A stretch of DNA of 64,000 nucleotides from assembly GCA_965226885.1 (NCBI GenBank), contig CBDDEL010000010.1:1-64000 (forward strand). The letters are read 5' to 3'. Position numbers and translations under genes: made by a program. Below the pieces are notes generated by a model. The model was not told the origin of the DNA, did no database searches, and worked only from the letters and a program-made list of their open reading frames with translations. This DNA comes from Opitutales bacterium (GTDB lineage Bacteria; Verrucomicrobiota; Verrucomicrobiia; Opitutales; UBA2987). Numbering within the stretch: position 1 is the first letter of the stretch; every line of letters begins with the position of its first letter. Below are positions 62,775-64,000 of the stretch, piece by piece.

Positions 62775-64000
62775 ATGGCAGATAACTCCGTAAACCGTTT
62801 GAGATGGGCCGTATTCCTGGTTTCTGCCGGCATTACCGCCTACCAGATAGCCTTGATGCAGATTTTGTCCTATTTGCAATGGTATCATTTCGCCTATTTG
62901 GTTGTTTCGCTGGCGCTGCTCGGTTTCGGAACCAGCGGAACCATTTTGGCCTTATGGCGAACCTTTTTTATTGTACACAAGGTAGTCCTCATACCCTGGC
63001 TTCTGATCGCCTGCGGGCTGGCCATGCCCTGGGCTCTGAACCTTTCCCAAACCGTTGGCATAAGGTGCGATGTTTATCTTCTTTTCGTTGATAAAACCCA
63101 AATCTGGCGCTTGGCATCATCATCTCTGCTTTATTTGACACCCTTTTTGCTAGGTGCCCTGGTTATCGGCCTGGCCCTTATTACGGAAAAGAAAGATGTC
63201 GGAAAACTGTATTGCGCAAACCTCATCGGCTCGGGAGCCGGTGGACTGGCGGGGCTGATTTTAACGGCCCTGTTCCTGCCCGAAGACCTTCCGGCCATAA
63301 TCGGGTTGGGTCCGGTTTCCGGCGGCCTCATTCTGGTTTCAAGCGGAAAATGGCGGGAACCGGCTTTGATGGCCGCGCTCGCGGTCGGCTCCGTTTTTCT
63401 TCTGATTGTATTTCCGGGCAGGTTCGCTCCCTCCCAGTTCAAGGACATTAGCCGCGCACTGAATGCGCCGGATGCAAGTATTATCCGTCAAATGCCAAGC
63501 CCCAGAGGGTTGGTCCAAGTAGTCGCTTCCTCTTCCCTGCGACATGCGCCCGGATTAAGCCTGAATTTTCGCGGCTCTCTGCCAGTTCCCGATATTGTGT
63601 TTGTGGACGGCAACGCCTCGGGCGCCTTGCCGTCCGCAGATGGCAAGCTCTTTGACCCGCCAAGTCTGTTTGATTACACAACGGAAATTCTCGGTTATGC
63701 AATGGCTGAAAAAGGTGGCAGGGCGCTCCTTCTGCAACCCGCAGGCGAAGAACCCATAGCGCAGGCAATCACTCATAAAATGAGAGAAATCGTAGTGGTT
63801 GAACCGCATAGCGAGATTTACAAATTTTATGAAGCGATGGCTGGGCGCGAGATGGGAAAAGCCCCGCATCCCTTTCAACTGATAATCGAAAATGCGGATC
63901 CCCGGCAGTTCCTGTCACAACAACATGAAGAATTCGAAATTATCCGGTTCCCCACTATCGGCTCTTTTGGGGGTTCGGTCGGACTCCAGGCCTTAAGCGC
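62775..64000 (+). CDS. Membrane protein with spermidine-synthase-like methyltransferase domain (runs off window)
   Basis: Hand translation: QWYHFAYLVVSLALLGFG.SG, LYCANLIGSG.G, RHAPGLSL, VVVEP; no stop seen before window end. Confidence 0.75.
   Translation, partial: MADNSVNRLRWAVFLVSAGITAYQIALMQILSYLQWYHFAYLVVSLALLGFGTSGTILALWRTFFIVHKVVLIPWLLIACGLAMPWALNLSQTVGIRCDVYLLFVDKTQIWRLASSSLLYLTPFLLGALVIGLALITEKKDVGKLYCANLIGSGAGGLAGLILTALFLPEDLPAIIGLGPVSGGLILVSSGKWREPALMAALAVGSVFLLIVFPGRFAPSQFKDISRALNAPDASIIRQMPSPRGLVQVVASSSLRHAPGLSLNFRGSLPVPDIVFVDGNASGALPSADGKLFDPPSLFDYTTEILGYAMAEKGGRALLLQPAGEEPIAQAITHKMREIVVVEPHSEIYKFYEAMAGREMGKAPHPFQLIIENADPRQFLSQQHEEFEIIRFPTIGSFGGSVGLQALS

Overview
Bacterial chromosomal window, tentatively Verrucomicrobiota/Opitutales-like (inferred from protein types, not proven), showing heavy IS expansion and gene decay. 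About 14 kb of the first 20 kb is IS DNA: IS1380 x2, IS3 relics, IS21 x2, IS5/ISNCY-like x3, and IS630 plus a fragment. Two IS1 copies and another IS630 lie further on. Intact genes include msrB, a reductive pyrimidine-catabolism cluster (hydA, mmsA, preA, preT, nitrilase-type ureidopropionase), bdhA, a DUF62 SAM hydrolase, a nucleosidase, three paralogous GT4/GT2 glycosyltransferases with a methyltransferase, a TolC-MFP-permease-ABC exporter, dnaX with ffs (SRP RNA), coaC, leuA with a putative Leu-rich leader, and pcm. Several genes are broken by short tandem duplications, nonsense codons or IS insertions. Main observations: (i) the exporter ATPase is fused to a Stf0-type sulfotransferase next to the glycosyltransferases, a candidate sulfated-glycan build-and-export system; (ii) one glycosyltransferase carries an exact 63-aa (9-heptad) coiled-coil duplication; (iii) a Trp-rich C-terminal domain recurs three times; (iv) dnaX has an A10 slippage site with stops in both shifted frames; (v) a GxxExxY gene is bracketed by inverted 8-mer repeat arrays and followed by a relic copy; (vi) short tandem duplications and microhomology deletions recur across the window.
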